Source: Trichoplax adhaerens
Taxonomy: Eukaryota; Animalia; Placozoa
DNA length: 64,000 nucleotides
Reading direction: 5' to 3'
NCBI RefSeq assembly: GCF_000150275.1
Contig: NW_002060950.1
Location: forward strand, 1,476,106-1,540,105
Shown here: positions 1 to 14,635 of the stretch, piece after piece
How positions within the stretch are numbered: position 1 is the first letter of the stretch
Layout of the letters: the number at the start of each line of letters is the position of its first letter
Notes under the pieces: generated by a model
Seen by the model: only the letters and a program-made list of their open reading frames with translations
Told to the model about the DNA's origin: nothing
Database searches by the model: none
Translations under genes and position numbers: made by a program

Positions 1-1925
1 TAATACCACCAACTGCTCTGCGTAGCATATAAAAGGTGACGTAGTTCGGTAATTTAGTGTAGTTGAAGTTAGAGAAGACAAAAAGTCTAGGATAACCGTG
101 AGTTATCTCATTAATTGATAGTTTGCTTGGTTACTACTCTTAGGTTACCAATACTATTAATCAAACGTGATATTCGATATTAGCAAGTATCTTTATTAAC
201 CAGTCCTTCGCGAAAGATATAGAAGAATGGCATAATTCAATTTTAAGCCGTCTACAATAGCTATTACTCTATTGTTGCGTCTCTAAACACATTCAGCTTA
301 TCATTTTCATGTTAAAATGTTTCTTAAATATAACTTATTAATATCTCTACCTATTCACTTTTTCCTAAGACGAATACAAGTATAAGGCTATAGCTTCTGT
401 ACGTATAAGTAAAATGATTTCCGAACCTAAGGATAGCAATAAGTAAACTTTGCTTCATTCAATAACACATCAGTTTGAAAGTAGTTTTGTTACCTTAATC
501 AGTAGTAAATTATTTCCGTAACTGAGCATCTCTTTCTACTAATAACCGAACCTAGAAAATAAAAAGTTTACATTGGCGTAAATTACAATAGAATACTATT
601 ATCCTCTACTACGTTAACCAGACATCATTACACGGTTTTACTTAGTGATTTGGAGAACAAGAAATATAGAATTATTAACATTGGATTAGTTCATAAATAT
701 GAGCTGATAGGGCAGAACAATTTATGTTATTTTATGATATATCTGGATGAGCGGACTTAGCATTAATTTAAGTTAAAACTGTCCCTGAAAAAGAATCGAA
801 ATAGGCTTAAGGCAGATATTATGTTAAACTTATTATTAGTCCAGCATCGTAGCAGAATCGTCAGTATATTTTTTAATGCAAGTGATGAGAGGGATACATT
901 ATATTTGATTAGCGTCAGATCTGCTTATTAAATATTAAAACCAATTTAGGTGTACAGATGGATGTGAGAAACATCAATGGCTTGCATTATTCAAACTTGT
1001 TATTCAAATCTATAACTTGAATTACCAAAAAAATGGGATGAACATTATTACTTCTCCTTATTCTGCTAGCTGATTGAGTTGTCACATCAAAATATTAACT
1101 TTAATCTCTTAAAATCGATCTCATCGATAGAAACTAACAATTTTAAAATCTATAGCTGGTATTATTAAGAACTGATTAAACTTCTAAGCCACGGAAATGG
1201 CAATTTTCGGTATCCGTCTTCATACATAGGTTATATGTAATATATATGTTATATTACATTTTTATAACTTATATCAGACAATTTAATTGAAAGATTCCTT
1301 TAAAAAAGGTTGCATTTCTCGTCTTTCGAGCTAAAGTGATGGACTAATTATATGTTAAGATTATTGATACATCAAAGATATTGAATTACGTGGAATTTAA
1401 TTTATTTTATGATTGGAAATGTAAGAATTCTAACTTATTTAAATTCAGATAAAGTAGTCTAAATAAATAATTAATAAAAGAGATTGACAGATTATTGCGC
1501 CTTTTGTTAGTACGGTAATCGTTTCAAAAGCTATTCTCATTTGTAATAAATTCTGTAAATGAAAGGAAATAATATACGTTATAATCTATTATATAAATTA
1601 TAATTGCTACTTTTTATGGCATTCATTTATTTTTCTTTCAAATTTGGATACGATAGAAACCGGTAGAAAGTTGTTTTACATTGCACATTTTCTAAGGAAT
1701 AGCTTAAGATTTGCTAATGAATCGATTTGTTTAATATGCAGGTATCGTTATTTGTTACAGTCTTGGTTGGTTCGACTATTGATAAACGTTTGGTACTTCC
1801 AGCGTGCAAACGATCGTCATTGTTAGCCATAAAAAATTGCAATTACGAATTAGTATAATATTGGTAGACGCTATCATTTAAATATTTATCTTGCCTATCC
1901 TTTCTTACCTTAGACTAAAGAAAGT

Positions 1926-3023
1926 ATGAACTCATCCAATACTGTTAATAACTCATTTATCCCCTTTAGCGATTTTGAAGCTAATGCCCGTTTTATTGCT
2001 TACGCAGTTCTTCTTGCATTTACCGTCATTGGCAATATCATCGTCATAGAGTCATTTATTGTGGTTCGAACTCTTCGTACACCGTTTAACATTTTTCTTC
2101 TCAATTTAGCCACTGTTGATTTATTCACCGGTATATTTAGAATGGGTTTTTACCTCTTCAATATCGCTTATGCTAAAGGATTTGAGTGGCCGTTCAGTCC
2201 AGCGTTATGTAATTTCAGCGGTTGGGCATTAAGTATTGCTTTCTCAGCTAATGTTCATACCCTAGAATTAATGGCTATTTTTCGCTATATTGCGGTGGTT
2301 CATAATAACACCTACAATCTCACGCAAAAGAGAGCTGTTATATCGATCGTTTGCATATGGATTTATTCCAATATTATCGCTCTCCTTCCAATCATCGGTT
2401 GGAATCGGTATCGATATCAAGCAAACGAAATTGCTTGTTTACCTGATTGGTATTACGAAAGTAGCTACCCACTTTTTGTTACTATTTGCGATGTGATCAT
2501 TCCATTAACCATTCTATTCTACTGTTATGTGGCTATTTATATCACGATGAAGAAAACGAGTCGACGTTTCCGTGATATTTCCAATCAGGGCATGGATATT
2601 GCACTCCAGCAAATATCTAAACGAGAAGCTCGTGTTACGCGTGCCATGTTTTTGGTTTTCGTCGCTTTTCTTATTTGTATTGTGCCATATGCTGTCTGTG
2701 TATTCATCTTGTTCTCTATATTTCACATTTGGGTTGGTCGAGACATGGCATTTTTAACTGGTTATTTTGTTAATCTAAACAGTGCTATCAATCCTATATT
2801 GTATGGTTTCCTTTACTGCCGCTTTAGAAAAGCTTATTACTATACTGCTTGTTTGTGGTGGAGAAAATTATCCAGTATATTCACGATTCTATCCAGTCTA
2901 CACCATCGGCATAATAAAGTACGACTTGTGAAAGACTGTGATGGTGATTTCAATCGATCAAGAGGAACAGAAATTATTAGCATGAATCACCATGATCAAG
3001 CGGTCATTCAAGAAGTTGACTAA
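1926..3023 (+). CDS. Class A GPCR, opsin-like without Lys296 (placopsin-like), paralog 1
   Basis: Single-exon 365 aa ORF with 7 hydrophobic segments. Motifs: GN (TM1), NLATVD (TM2), WPF..LC (ECL1/TM3), AIFRY, PIIGWNRY...CLPDW (ECL2), REARVTR (TM6 start), NPILY, RFR (helix 8). Confidence 0.93.
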   Translation: MNSSNTVNNSFIPFSDFEANARFIAYAVLLAFTVIGNIIVIESFIVVRTLRTPFNIFLLNLATVDLFTGIFRMGFYLFNIAYAKGFEWPFSPALCNFSGWALSIAFSANVHTLELMAIFRYIAVVHNNTYNLTQKRAVISIVCIWIYSNIIALLPIIGWNRYRYQANEIACLPDWYYESSYPLFVTICDVIIPLTILFYCYVAIYITMKKTSRRFRDISNQGMDIALQQISKREARVTRAMFLVFVAFLICIVPYAVCVFILFSIFHIWVGRDMAFLTGYFVNLNSAINPILYGFLYCRFRKAYYYTACLWWRKLSSIFTILSSLHHRHNKVRLVKDCDGDFNRSRGTEIISMNHHDQAVIQEVD

Positions 3024-3074
3024 ACACTCAGTTATTTTCATCATCATAATCATGCTTTTACCAACAAGATGGAT

Positions 3075-3740
3075 TCCTATTTTTTATAACAGGCAGTAGA
3101 ATGAAATCATTGATTGCCTTCGCCATCGCCTGTCCTATCCATTTTACTTTGGATAATTACAATATTATCTAATGAAAAATATGCACAGCGCTATTGCAAG
3201 ATTTACGCTTATCCATTCCTGACAAAATACGGTTACTGTATAGTGTATTATTATAGGAGTCTATGCTATGTCTAAGGTAGTATGCTAGCTAATATGGTTA
3301 GCTTCGTTAAAAGTATCTCGCATTCAATCCTGTAAAATCATCGTTATCATGCCACACTACTTATGTATTTCAATATGAGTATAACTCCAACGCCTTTCTT
3401 CTCAAAGTGAAAACGATGGTAAGCAATGGTAGGATTTCTATTTTATCAGATTGCCGATTTAAATACTTCTTGCTTTCACCATCGCTTATTCAATCTATCT
3501 TACCAAGGTAATTATAACACTGTCTAATGAAAAATGTAAACTGCATTGTAGCAAGATATGCCATTCCTGATAAAGTATATCGCATTATAGGAGTCTATGC
3601 TATGTTAAAGGTAATACTCGCATGTTAGCCAGTATGGTTAACTTATCCTCACTATGCTGCCATATTTCTTACCGCCCTGTATGCTTTTAATATTAATATG
3701 ATTCAAACATCTTTTCTCTCCAAATACAAATGATTAAGCG
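3075..3740. repeat. Degenerate two-copy tandem duplication (~350 bp unit)
   Basis: Shared blocks tctaatgaaaaat, ccattcctga, attataggagtctatgctatgt and tatggtta occur at ~3170-3300 and again at ~3520-3640. Confidence 0.7.
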
Positions 3741-6049
3741 TGTATAGAAATAAATAAACTTATTCTGTTATGTTGACAAATACTTCTGAGGACCTTGATA
3801 TCTATGTAAAAGGATACAAATCGATACAAAGGGATGCGTAATCCTTTATAATCTAATAACAAGCTATCCCTCTCTCTTTCGATTGTTATCCACCTTGACT
3901 ATTACAGATGTTAGCCTAATTACAGGGCGCTAACAGAACTCATGAACTCAGTGTTTTACTGACTATTTGCACGATCTTTCATTGAGAAGTCCACTACATG
4001 GACAAATCGAAATTTGGAGCAATCCTTAATAAATTCTATCTTTGTCGCTTAAAGTAGTTTTCTTACTTCACTTCATCTTACTTTACTGATGTAAAGCTGA
4101 TCTGTAATTAATATTGTACATTATAGTCTAGTAAATAAAAAGTAAATAAAAAAATGCTTTTCATAAACGTTCGTCCATCTGTTCAGATTATTCTAGCCTA
4201 TTCTATCATCTATACTGCCGTCGATCAACATGATCAGCTAGTATGCCCTATAATCAATTTGTCAGCAATAGCCGTCCATTTAACAAGTATAATAAATTCA
4301 AAATATTCTCATATAATTACGTACTGTCTATCGATATCTTTGATTTATAAAAGTTTTTAGTAGCGGCAATAACTAGACTAAACCAGTTACGGTTGCTATA
4401 AATGAATAGAATCGTATTTTTGGCTAACGTATTTAATTTTCTTTTGTAATAGAATAATCAAGAAATGTTATCTCCATAATAATTAGATATAAGAAAATCA
4501 ATTTTTCTTACTATAATAAAATCCATTTACCCAAAAGTCATGCTAATCATTCAATGGCATGAGTGAATCAAGGTTCAACTGATTTATAACTGAATTACGA
4601 ATAATTTTCGTTACACTATTCGCCCAATATTATGAACAAACAATTTCAATCACGATGATATTTGATACAGTTTACTCTAGTTACATTAACTCAAATTTGA
4701 TATACAATTCATCCTACATTAAAGATTGCTGTACTGCTAATATCTGATCAAAGGCAAACCAATTATTCAACAAATCAAGGCTAAATACAATCGTGACTCA
4801 AAAAAATATCATATCGCTACAATCAGCTGTCCAGCCAAGCTCTGCTTCAACAATACAATTGTACTACTGTGACAGGGTATTTTAATTAGACATCATTTCA
4901 AGTTTGCTAAATTTAGGTCCATGATGCCATATAGGAAAATGGAGAATTCTCGTTGTTACTTACGTGGTAGCAATGAACTAAAAAAGAGTACCTCACCAAT
5001 ACATATCGATATAGTCTATCGCGGAGTATTCTAGATCTTATTAATACTTATTCAAATCTACGCGTATACTGAATCAATGTAGCTGAAAATTTAACGATTG
5101 AAACTTGAATAATAACTCTGGTAATTCTATGGTAAGAATATTAATTTCAATCGGCTAGTCTTATGCCAGGAAGCCTATGTATTATATAGTTGTTCCCAAT
5201 TTTTTATTAACAATTTATGAATACACTTATATTAATTATGGATTGAAAAGTTCACGATACCGGGAACGATTGACGAATTACTTATCGAATAGGACGTGAA
5301 ACTGTTATACAAATTGTGTAGTTGATCTGCTACCGCATCAAATCAGATAATTATAGCAAATAACAATCAATCTATTTTTGATACCAAATTATAAAAACTT
5401 GATTCTAAAGCACAAAATTGAAACTAAAAGTTAGGATTATTCAATAATAATTGATTTATCTCAATAGTCGATATTGTAACGACGGAAACAGAAATATACT
5501 TGAAAGCGGATAGTAAAATAGTATAGCACAACGTATTATTAGTCAAATTTTGTACAGTTTCGTCCTGATTTTCGTATTTGCACAATTTGTTATTTCTATT
5601 ACGGAAGCGTTCTCAGTTTAATCTCAGTTAGGAAATGGTTAAAATCTCTTTTAAGATGCTTAGAGCCTTTGAATGATTTAAAATGTAATTTATAGATTTT
5701 ATTATTATACAAATATAAATTCAAAATAGGATTTCCTTTCCCTTTCAGCTCTTAGATATCTGTCTTTTATAAATCGGAAATAAAGTGACAAAGAAAAATT
5801 GATAATCTAATTATAAATAATTTACTACAATTCATATCGAAGTTTTTATAATTGCTACTACTGTGAACGCTATCATTAAATAAACATAAACTACTCGTAT
5901 ATTAGTTCCGCTCTACTAAGTAAAAGTCAAGCTAATTTCAAATATTGCTTCAAAGTTGGGCAATTTTGATTCATAATTAATATGTGGATACCCCGTTAAG
6001 AGAAAATTACGGTGAATGAATAAATTATTGAATCGAAAAATTTTTTCGA

Positions 6050-7080
6050 TCCTGTAACTTCGAACAACGATATTCAAGATAATTTAACTCAAATTTAATA
6101 TAAAATTATCGAATATTTCACTTAATTTGAAGGCTATACTTAGAAAAAAATGATTACGAAATCATAATGAATTCGTCAATATTATATTTCTGACGTTTTA
6201 ATAGTGAATGGGGGGGGGGGTAGCTTTGAATCAGCTAGAATGCAACAAAAACCGTCAATAATAACTTCAGCAACGGTATTTAAGATAATTTAACTCAGAT
6301 TCGGTAGAAAAAATATAAGATAAATCCTTTTATTTGAAAGCTATAATTAGACAAGATAACTGCGTTACCGTCTAAGTATATTATCATACTTTTGACGTTT
6401 TAATAGTAAATGAAGCTAGGTTGAAATCAGCCAGAATATAATGAAGTCGATCATTATTATTTTCAGTAAGCATAAATGGAACTGTAGGCATTCATTTCGC
6501 TTAAGCCATAGTGCCTGGACAGTATCATCTTTTATATTATACTACCGTGGGATGATATGCGAATACACTATCGAGAAAAAAAACACAGTAAATAAGTAAA
6601 CTATTCAATCAAAAAAATTTGGTCAATTTCTATGACTTCAAACAACGATATTCAAGATGATTTATTTAGCTCAAATTCGATGTAAAATACGGAATAAATC
6701 TCTTTATTTGAAGGCTATAATTAGAGATGATGGCTGCGTTATCATCTAAGTATAATATGATATTTTTGACGCTTTAATTGTAAATGAAACTAGATTGAAA
6801 TTAGCTAGAATGTAATAAAGTCAATCAATATATGTACAGCAAGCATGAGAAGAGCTGCAGGTATTCATTTTGCTTTAGCCATAGTACTAGGACAGAATCA
6901 TCTTTTATATCATTTGTGACTTCATCACAAAACGGCGAGATCTTGCGGAGGCAATCTAGCAAGCTATTTGGTCCTAAATTGAATCGATATCTTATGATAA
7001 TTTTAGACTACACTAGAGTTGAAACTACTAGCACTCTTTTCATTTTAGCCATAGTACCGGGGTAGGATCATCAGTTATAT
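6050..7080. repeat. Degenerate tandem repeat (~3 copies of 200-370 bp)
   Basis: aacga/gtatt(c/t)aagataattta at ~6065, 6270 and 6645. tgacg(t/c)tttaa..gt(g/a)aatg at ~6190, 6390 and 6765. ttagccatagt..cggac/gt at ~6500, 6875 and 7045. One copy carries a G11 tract at 6210-6220. Confidence 0.75.
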
Positions 7081-9199
7081 TATTTTTTATGTTCTCATTA
7101 TAAAAATACAGCATATTCTATCATAATTTAGCAAGTTATACAATACTGTACTACATTGAGTCGATATCTGACGATAATTTTAAAACACATTAATCGTCAC
7201 TAAAAGCTTATCTTGGCTAAGACAGTATCATCAGAATACAACATATTTAACATTGATATATTATTAATACAAAATTTTTATTTACAATTGATAATATAGC
7301 ATTCAAATTAACTTTAGTGACTCTTATGGAATATTAAATACAGTTTTAAGCAGTTACTATAACGTTATGAATTCTTTCAATAGGTTACCAATGTAGTAAT
7401 ACTGAAAATTTTTGTAGTAAAGGACTAAAAGTAGAGTCCTTTATAGCTTTTAGTATGTAACTAGTATTATTTTACTATAGAAAATACCTAGAAAGTGATA
7501 GCGTCTTTTAAGTTTTACCCCGCCACATCATCATGTCGCCATCTTTTCTTCTTCTTCATTTTACAAGGTATTATATAGATTACTATAGAAGTATCCCTAG
7601 AGCAGTTGCCTAATCTAAAGAAAGGGCGTTTGATCGTCTATTCAAATTGTAAATGAATTTGACTTAGTAACAAAAAACCCTATCCTTAGAGACAGGGGAT
7701 TTATAATATGACAATAAAGTACTGTAATGTAGTCTATAATCGTAGAGCTACCGTACAACCTGACGCTAAAACATCAACTGTCAATACTCAGCGATACTAA
7801 TGTCAGAAAAATAGTCGTAATAGTCATATAAAATTTTTTGATAAGTGATTACTGTGATCTTTATAAAATCCGGATTTTTGGGATTGGGATTCCGGAGCCG
7901 GTCGGATTTATGTCCGATATAATTTTTCTGTATTAATTTATCTATTTTAATTTTTCTGTTTTAATTTTTGGATTTTAGTTTATGGAAAATATCGTAAGAG
8001 TTGATTTTTAAAATTTGAACTTTTCGTTATGAATTTGAAACTTTAGAATTTTATGACGTGACATGAAAGACATTAGGAAAGTTTAGTTAGGAAAATAGAA
8101 AATAAGATGGAAATTGGCAGAGGTTGTATTGATTGTTAAGTAGTTAGGCTGTTATTTTTATGACTAAATCTTGATGTTTAAAGGTTAATTTTTAGACTTT
8201 TATAGTGTATTAATGATAGAAATTATGTTAGAAGTGAAGTTTGATGTATTTTATAGTTAACTTGTTGATTTTATAGTGTTTTGTAACGGAATCATAGGGT
8301 AAATTGTGTCTGAACTTTGAATGATTTTTGTTTTCTTAAATGGTGCAAAGTAGTTTTCTAAAATGGATCTTAAGAGCGATTGGTTAGTAAATCTTTAGTT
8401 CTAAATACATCTGACGGCTCTACGAAGCCTATAAATGATAGTGCAATAAATTGTTGTTCGATTATTTCCCCAAATTTTAATTGGTGTCAAAGTTTCGTTT
8501 AGTCGACCGGAGTGCAACGAAAGTAGAATCAAAGTTTGTTAAAGTTTTGTAGCTTGATCTATACACTTTTCATTTCATTACATTTTGAAGATATTTTTCA
8601 TGGTTAAGTTATTATATATTGTGACTATGTACGATAATTTCTGTTCTATTGAAGGTTGTATAGCTCCAACCACAATCGTAGCTTCCCCAAAAACTAACAT
8701 AATTTACTTGATGTCAAAAATTAATTTGATGAGCTATTAATTATCCATCAGGCTACCAGAGAAAAATACTTCAGAAAAGACCATTATTCATGTATCCGTT
8801 AAGAAGTATCAATGGTATTGAATGTTTCATTTCGAAATGAATATACGCATAGAGTAATTAATAAGGGTTAGAATTCACTACTTTCTATAGAAAAACTCCG
8901 CCTAGCCTTCCATATGTTTATAATGTGATATTGAATACTTTGTTCAATATAGGAAAACAACAATCTGTGCTGAATTCAAAATTGAATGCTTCTAAATCAT
9001 GTACTTCTCTTAATAAAGATAAGTGTGCTTCAAAGAAACTGTTTGCTTTACTAACTATTAAAATAACTCAAATTGGAAGTATTATACATTATTATCTATC
9101 CATATATCATATACTAGATGGTATTTTCAGAATTTTATTACATGTAAAGCTTCATGCAGCTACTATATGAATATCAAAGAGAAATGTAGTCTTCAATTA

Positions 9200-9530
9200 A
9201 TCAATCAGTCTTTACTCCACAAGGCTATCCGAAAGTTCTTGTAATGGTTATACTGGATTATCATAAAGATCTTTATTTCGATTTTAATTTGTAAGAATGT
9301 TAAAAAGAAAGCTGTACAATCTATAATTAGGCAATGAAACTTCACTTCATAAATATATGCGAAAGTTCATGTAATGATTATACTGGCTAATCGTAAAGAT
9401 CTTTATTTTTAGTTTGTAAGAATATTAAAAAGAAATCTGTAAAATCCTTGGTTAGCCAATATAACTTTACTGTGTAAGGATATCCGAAATTATGTGCAAT
9501 GATAATCTTTAATAGTAAAGATCTACATAT
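9200..9530. repeat. Three-copy tandem repeat (~125-130 bp)
   Basis: cgaaagttc.tgtaatg.ttatactgg...atc.taaagatctttattt at ~9230 and ~9360, with a degenerate copy at ~9485. Confidence 0.75.
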
Positions 9531-11281
9531 CTTTTGTTTCAAGCATATTTCAAAGCTAGAAGTCTTTATACTTGTATTTCAATAGCATTACCAACTTGTG
9601 TCGTAAGTTATTCATTACTGTAAATTTCGGCTACGAAAGATTTATTCAGCTCAATAGTTGAAATACTGCAATGAGCAAATCTGCAACAGTTAGAATCAAT
9701 CTTATTATAGTCGTCAATAGTATTATAGTACATTAATATAATTACCGATTTCGTTAGTTATTCTTAAATATCAGAATTATTGGCCTCTCTATTAAAATTT
9801 TTTATCTCCGAACTAGCATGAAAAACTGCTATTCATTCTTCTTGTTCTTCAATAAGATTATTATTATTTAAGGTGTAAGACAGATTACCCTCTATTGCTG
9901 GCTCATTTATTAAATAATGCCATTAAAAATGATTCCATAATAAGGCGTTGATGAATTTGGTTTTCAACAGTTCTTTTAGAGCATTGTATAATTATACATG
10001 GGCGTAATTGTTTCTGATTAATAATTTACTTTATATCTAGGAATTGATGTTAATAATACAACTGAACAGTGATTGAAATTCTCCTTTAAATTTAATTTCT
10101 TATTGAGTTTATTGAACAATGAGGCTATTGATAATATGCAAGTTTAAGTAACAGGGAATTACTTACATTTTCCTGGATTGAATTAAATCTCGTCAAATAT
10201 GATCTTAAATAGTTTATGTCAAAGTATCGATTTTATGGTATTCATGGTTATTTTTGATTAGTGAATAACAAAAAGGTTTCATTATAATTAAAGCAGATAA
10301 TAAGAATAATATTCATGAAATCACAAGAGAAAATAGAATTTCAGATCTTATTGAGCAAATTATCACCACATTAATAAACGCATATGCATTCATGTAATAG
10401 TGCATTTTGTTGCGAATGTATCAAAACTCAATGATTGATATATCAATATAAACCATAGAGAATGCTATCATTTCAGTTCTGATAAAATATTCGAGATGAA
10501 AGACTTCTGGCAGCTTGCGATATCATTTCTAAGTAAGGAGTTTAGATTACAACCTTTCAGAATAGCTTTAATTTTCGACATTGATAAATCATTGATGTTT
10601 TCGTTATGACAGAGGAAATAATTTAGAATAATGCTATCATAATAGATTATTTTCTGATTGATTGGAACTTGATGATGGTCAAAATTAATTTTTCATTCAA
10701 TTGTTTATTGAATAGAAGTTAGATAGTTAATGGTTGATTATACTCATATGATTTTTTCCCCGATAGATTATAATTTACCGATTCTATCTTATGAAGAGTT
10801 ACAACTTGTCCTTTCTCTCAATGATCAATCTCTCATATTACTGAGGGTTCAGTGATATTTTAATAAAGCTAAACTACTATTTGCAAGATAAAAGTATGAT
10901 TCTATTAGGGTATTACTTACAGCAGTTTTAACCGATTTAAAATTGATGCGTACACACAAGATAGAATACTAGAAAAGAGAAATAGAGACATTTCAAGAAA
11001 TTATAAAGGAGGTAAATTTTAACATTTCAATAGAATCAGCCTACAATTAATTGTATTTATTTCGTAAGTAAACCATTCTTGAATTCGCAGCAAAACAAGG
11101 ACTCTTATCAGCGAATATTCAATTTGCAATAGTCTAAATTCTCTCTTGGGCTTATGCTATTTACCATAAGTAAGATGTAAAAACTAATTATCAAGATTAA
11201 GCCTACGCTATCCATAGAATCATCTCCGTAGTCGAATTTCAATCTATTGGAAGTACTACTAGCAAAACAATATCCAAAGTC

Positions 11282-12397
11282 ATGAATAATACTAGCGGTT
11301 CCAATGCAACCGCATATCCTGAAACAGCTTCACATCCATTTATAAGTCTTCAATCTCATGTACCATTTATTGCTTATGTGATACTCCTTATTGCCACAGT
11401 TGTTGGCAATTGTATGGTGATTGCTGCATTTTTCATCAATCGATCATTGCGCACTATTTTCAATTCACTTTTATTCAATTTGGCATTAGTAGATCTATTT
11501 GCGGGTATATTTCGCATCGGATTTATCACTCTATCATTAGGAACAATCCACAACGGTTCTTGGCCATACGGTCCAACATTATGCAATATAAATGGCTTAG
11601 TCCATAGCGTTGCTTTCTCAGCTAATGTTCACACATTAATGACGATTGCTATTTTTCGCTACCTGGTGGTAGTTCGCTACAGAAAAGATTGGATCACCCG
11701 CAATACTGTTATTGTAGTCATCAGTCTAATTTGGATCTACAGCTTGCTATTAGGATTTCTTCCCATTATTGGCTGGAATCGCTATCACTACCAGCCCTAT
11801 GAATATACTTGTTTGCCGGATTGGTATCGCGGCAAAAGCTATTCTATCTTTTTAACGATAGCTGATTTTCTGATTCCAATGCTGGTATTATGTTACTGTT
11901 ATTTGGCGATATATAATTTTATCAAAAAAAATAGCCAACGTATACGAGCCTTTTCTATCAATGGCAACGAAGCTGCACTACAGCAAATTATTCACCGCGA
12001 GACAAAAGTAACACAAGCCATGTTTATTATCTTTATAACTTTTGTTGCTTGTGTAGCTCCCTATGCTATTTGTATTTTTGTCATGTTGTCTATTTTTCAT
12101 ATTTGGGTTGGTGCACATGTTGCATTTTTTTGTGGTTACATGGTCAATCTAAATAGTGCTATTAATCCTATTTTATATGCAATATTCTATAAACACTTTA
12201 GAGCATCCTTTTATCGTCTATGTTGTATCGCTCATAGGCGTGCTAGCATGATCCGTGGCAATCGAAGAATACTAATATCAAACAAGGTGTATGCTACTAC
12301 TACCAATGGCAATCAAACTTGCCCGATAATGAGATCGACCATAAGATCCACCATAAGATCGAAAACAACTGAAACACTATTACAAACTGCACATTAA
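11282..12397 (+). CDS. Class A GPCR, placopsin-like, paralog 2
   Basis: 371 aa intronless 7TM ORF with NLALVD, WPYGPTLC, AIFRY, GWNRYHYQPYEYTCLPDW, RETKVTQ, NLNSAINPILY and KHFR. Confidence 0.93.
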   Translation: MNNTSGSNATAYPETASHPFISLQSHVPFIAYVILLIATVVGNCMVIAAFFINRSLRTIFNSLLFNLALVDLFAGIFRIGFITLSLGTIHNGSWPYGPTLCNINGLVHSVAFSANVHTLMTIAIFRYLVVVRYRKDWITRNTVIVVISLIWIYSLLLGFLPIIGWNRYHYQPYEYTCLPDWYRGKSYSIFLTIADFLIPMLVLCYCYLAIYNFIKKNSQRIRAFSINGNEAALQQIIHRETKVTQAMFIIFITFVACVAPYAICIFVMLSIFHIWVGAHVAFFCGYMVNLNSAINPILYAIFYKHFRASFYRLCCIAHRRASMIRGNRRILISNKVYATTTNGNQTCPIMRSTIRSTIRSKTTETLLQTAH

Positions 12398-13984
12398 GCT
12401 GTCCAAATAATTCCATCAATAATTCATTTTTAGCGATAATTAAACCATCAAATAGCGCTATCAGATTACAAATTGTTTTAGCATTTAAGAAAATTGGCTT
12501 AATACGTTATTATTTTAATTGGTACGATTAAATTCACATGTGTGTGATTTTGTTAATTTACTAAAAAGTAATAACTTCTGCTTTACTCGTTATGAATCAT
12601 GAATAAACTGACCCGTAATTCTACAGTCAAATCTTATAAAAGCTATGTATATTACTCTTTTGGATACAGTCAAACAGATTAGGTTAAAATTTAAAACCAT
12701 AGATAGTAGAAGAAAATGAAACTGAAACGAAATTTTCATTCTACTTGTATTAATGTCAATTATTGTTAAAGTAGAATTCATTAAATACTACAATGACAAC
12801 ATTCCAGATTGCATTGAATGATTTCTTTTATATAGTTGTATTCAATTCTAGCCTGCTATACCTGCGAACCATGTTAGAGAGGCAATCATGCTGCTTTATC
12901 TTAATTTTGTTCGTTAAATCTTACTTTTAGCATAAAATTAAAATTATCAGCCTTAAATAATCACCTTCTTCAATATCTTTACTGATCAAAATATTAGCTA
13001 GAACAGTGATAGACTACGTTCCTATTGATTTTCAGGTAAACATTCCTTTAAGATTCTCACTATTTTTGCATCCTGATATCCTTTTCTTAATATCAATATT
13101 GTTAACTACAATTCTATCTCAAATCAATATTGAAATATACACGTGATCTCATCAATTAACTTGCGTATCAATTTATTAATTGATTATATTATCATCCTTT
13201 ATTGTAGATTCAGCTACTAAATATTAATCTAGTTTAGGTATCATAAACGCTCAGCCACGTATATACTTAAAAAATAGAAACGACGATGCCATCTTAGCAT
13301 ATTATCCTACTAACGATCGATATCTGTACAAATGTAAATATAAACACATATTGAAATCTACCTTATAGAAAAGTCAATATGTCGTAGAGATACCACTTTC
13401 GATATTTAATTCTCAATAAGATCGTTAAAAAATTTATCATATGTACTTTACACTTGCCTTCGCGATATACTCATACAATAAGACTATTCACTAAATAAAA
13501 ATTTTTACAAGAAATTGGCCACAACAACGAAAATATTAATGTCCATTTATTATGTATTCGCGCAAAGACTTCTCCCAAACAATTTACTATTATTTATCAA
13601 TGATAGTGCTAAGCGATCAATTTACTGTAAATAAAAATATCTTAGCCAAGTTGTTGTTTCAATTTAAAGTTATAATTGTTAATTTATCTTACCCTGAAGT
13701 TATTCTGTATCATCGATACAAGTAGTGTAGTAATACCATTTTAATGGTAGCTATCTCAACGAAAGGTATCCATATTATTGTAATAAATACTATATACTAA
13801 TAGTACGAACACAGTAAAACATTGTTCATTGTTAAATCATACTGTATCATTAGAATATTATTATGGTTATTAAATTATTGGTATCGTCATTTCTATCACA
13901 AAGTTATACTTAATTGTATTTATGCACAGAGTTCAATCTTTTTTCTTTTTCTCAGAATTAGTAGTTTGTATAATGATGGAATAA

Positions 13985-14635
13985 TGTATGTCAAATAATA
14001 CAGCCAAGAAACTTTAATTTCTTGTAAAATTTCACTATATTACATAAATTGGTTGGTCTACTTAATTACCGAGTACTATCTGCCTTCAGTCTACAATCGT
14101 CTAACCTATTACACAAGGTTTACGATTTATATGCAATATGTATTGTGGATATCATCTACAAACAGAGCTTTTTAATCTGATAATTTAATGTATAATTTAA
14201 ATTACATTCACTCAATCTTATAATCTTAATAATAGTACAATAAAGTATGTTAAATACTACGGCTAAAAATTTTTTAATTTCTTGTAAAATTTTACTGCAT
14301 TACATAAATTAGTTGGTCTGCTTGATTTTCAAGGACTATCTACCTTCGACCTACAGCCGTCTGATCTATTATACAAGATTTACGATTTATATATATAATA
14401 TAAACTGTATTATGAATATAATCTGCAAACAGAACTTGTATAATTTTACACGCAATTTGAACTAAATTTACTCAACCTTATAAACTTAATAATCATGCAA
14501 TGAAAATATATCAAGTAGCAGCACTACAGCTAAAAATCTTGAATTTTTTTGTAAAATTTCACTATATAACATAAATTAGTTGGTCTACTCAATTACCAAG
14601 GACTATCTACCTTCGACCTACTGCTGTCTAACTGA
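13985..14635. repeat. Tandem repeat, ~2.5 copies of ~265 bp
   Basis: ttgtaaaattt.act..at.acataaatt.gttggtct.ct..att...aggactatctaccttc at ~14020, 14280 and 14550. Confidence 0.85.

Noticed and set aside
6210-6220. G11 tract as a functional G-quadruplex
   Set aside because: It is a single homopolymer present in only one repeat copy, more likely slippage or sequencing noise.
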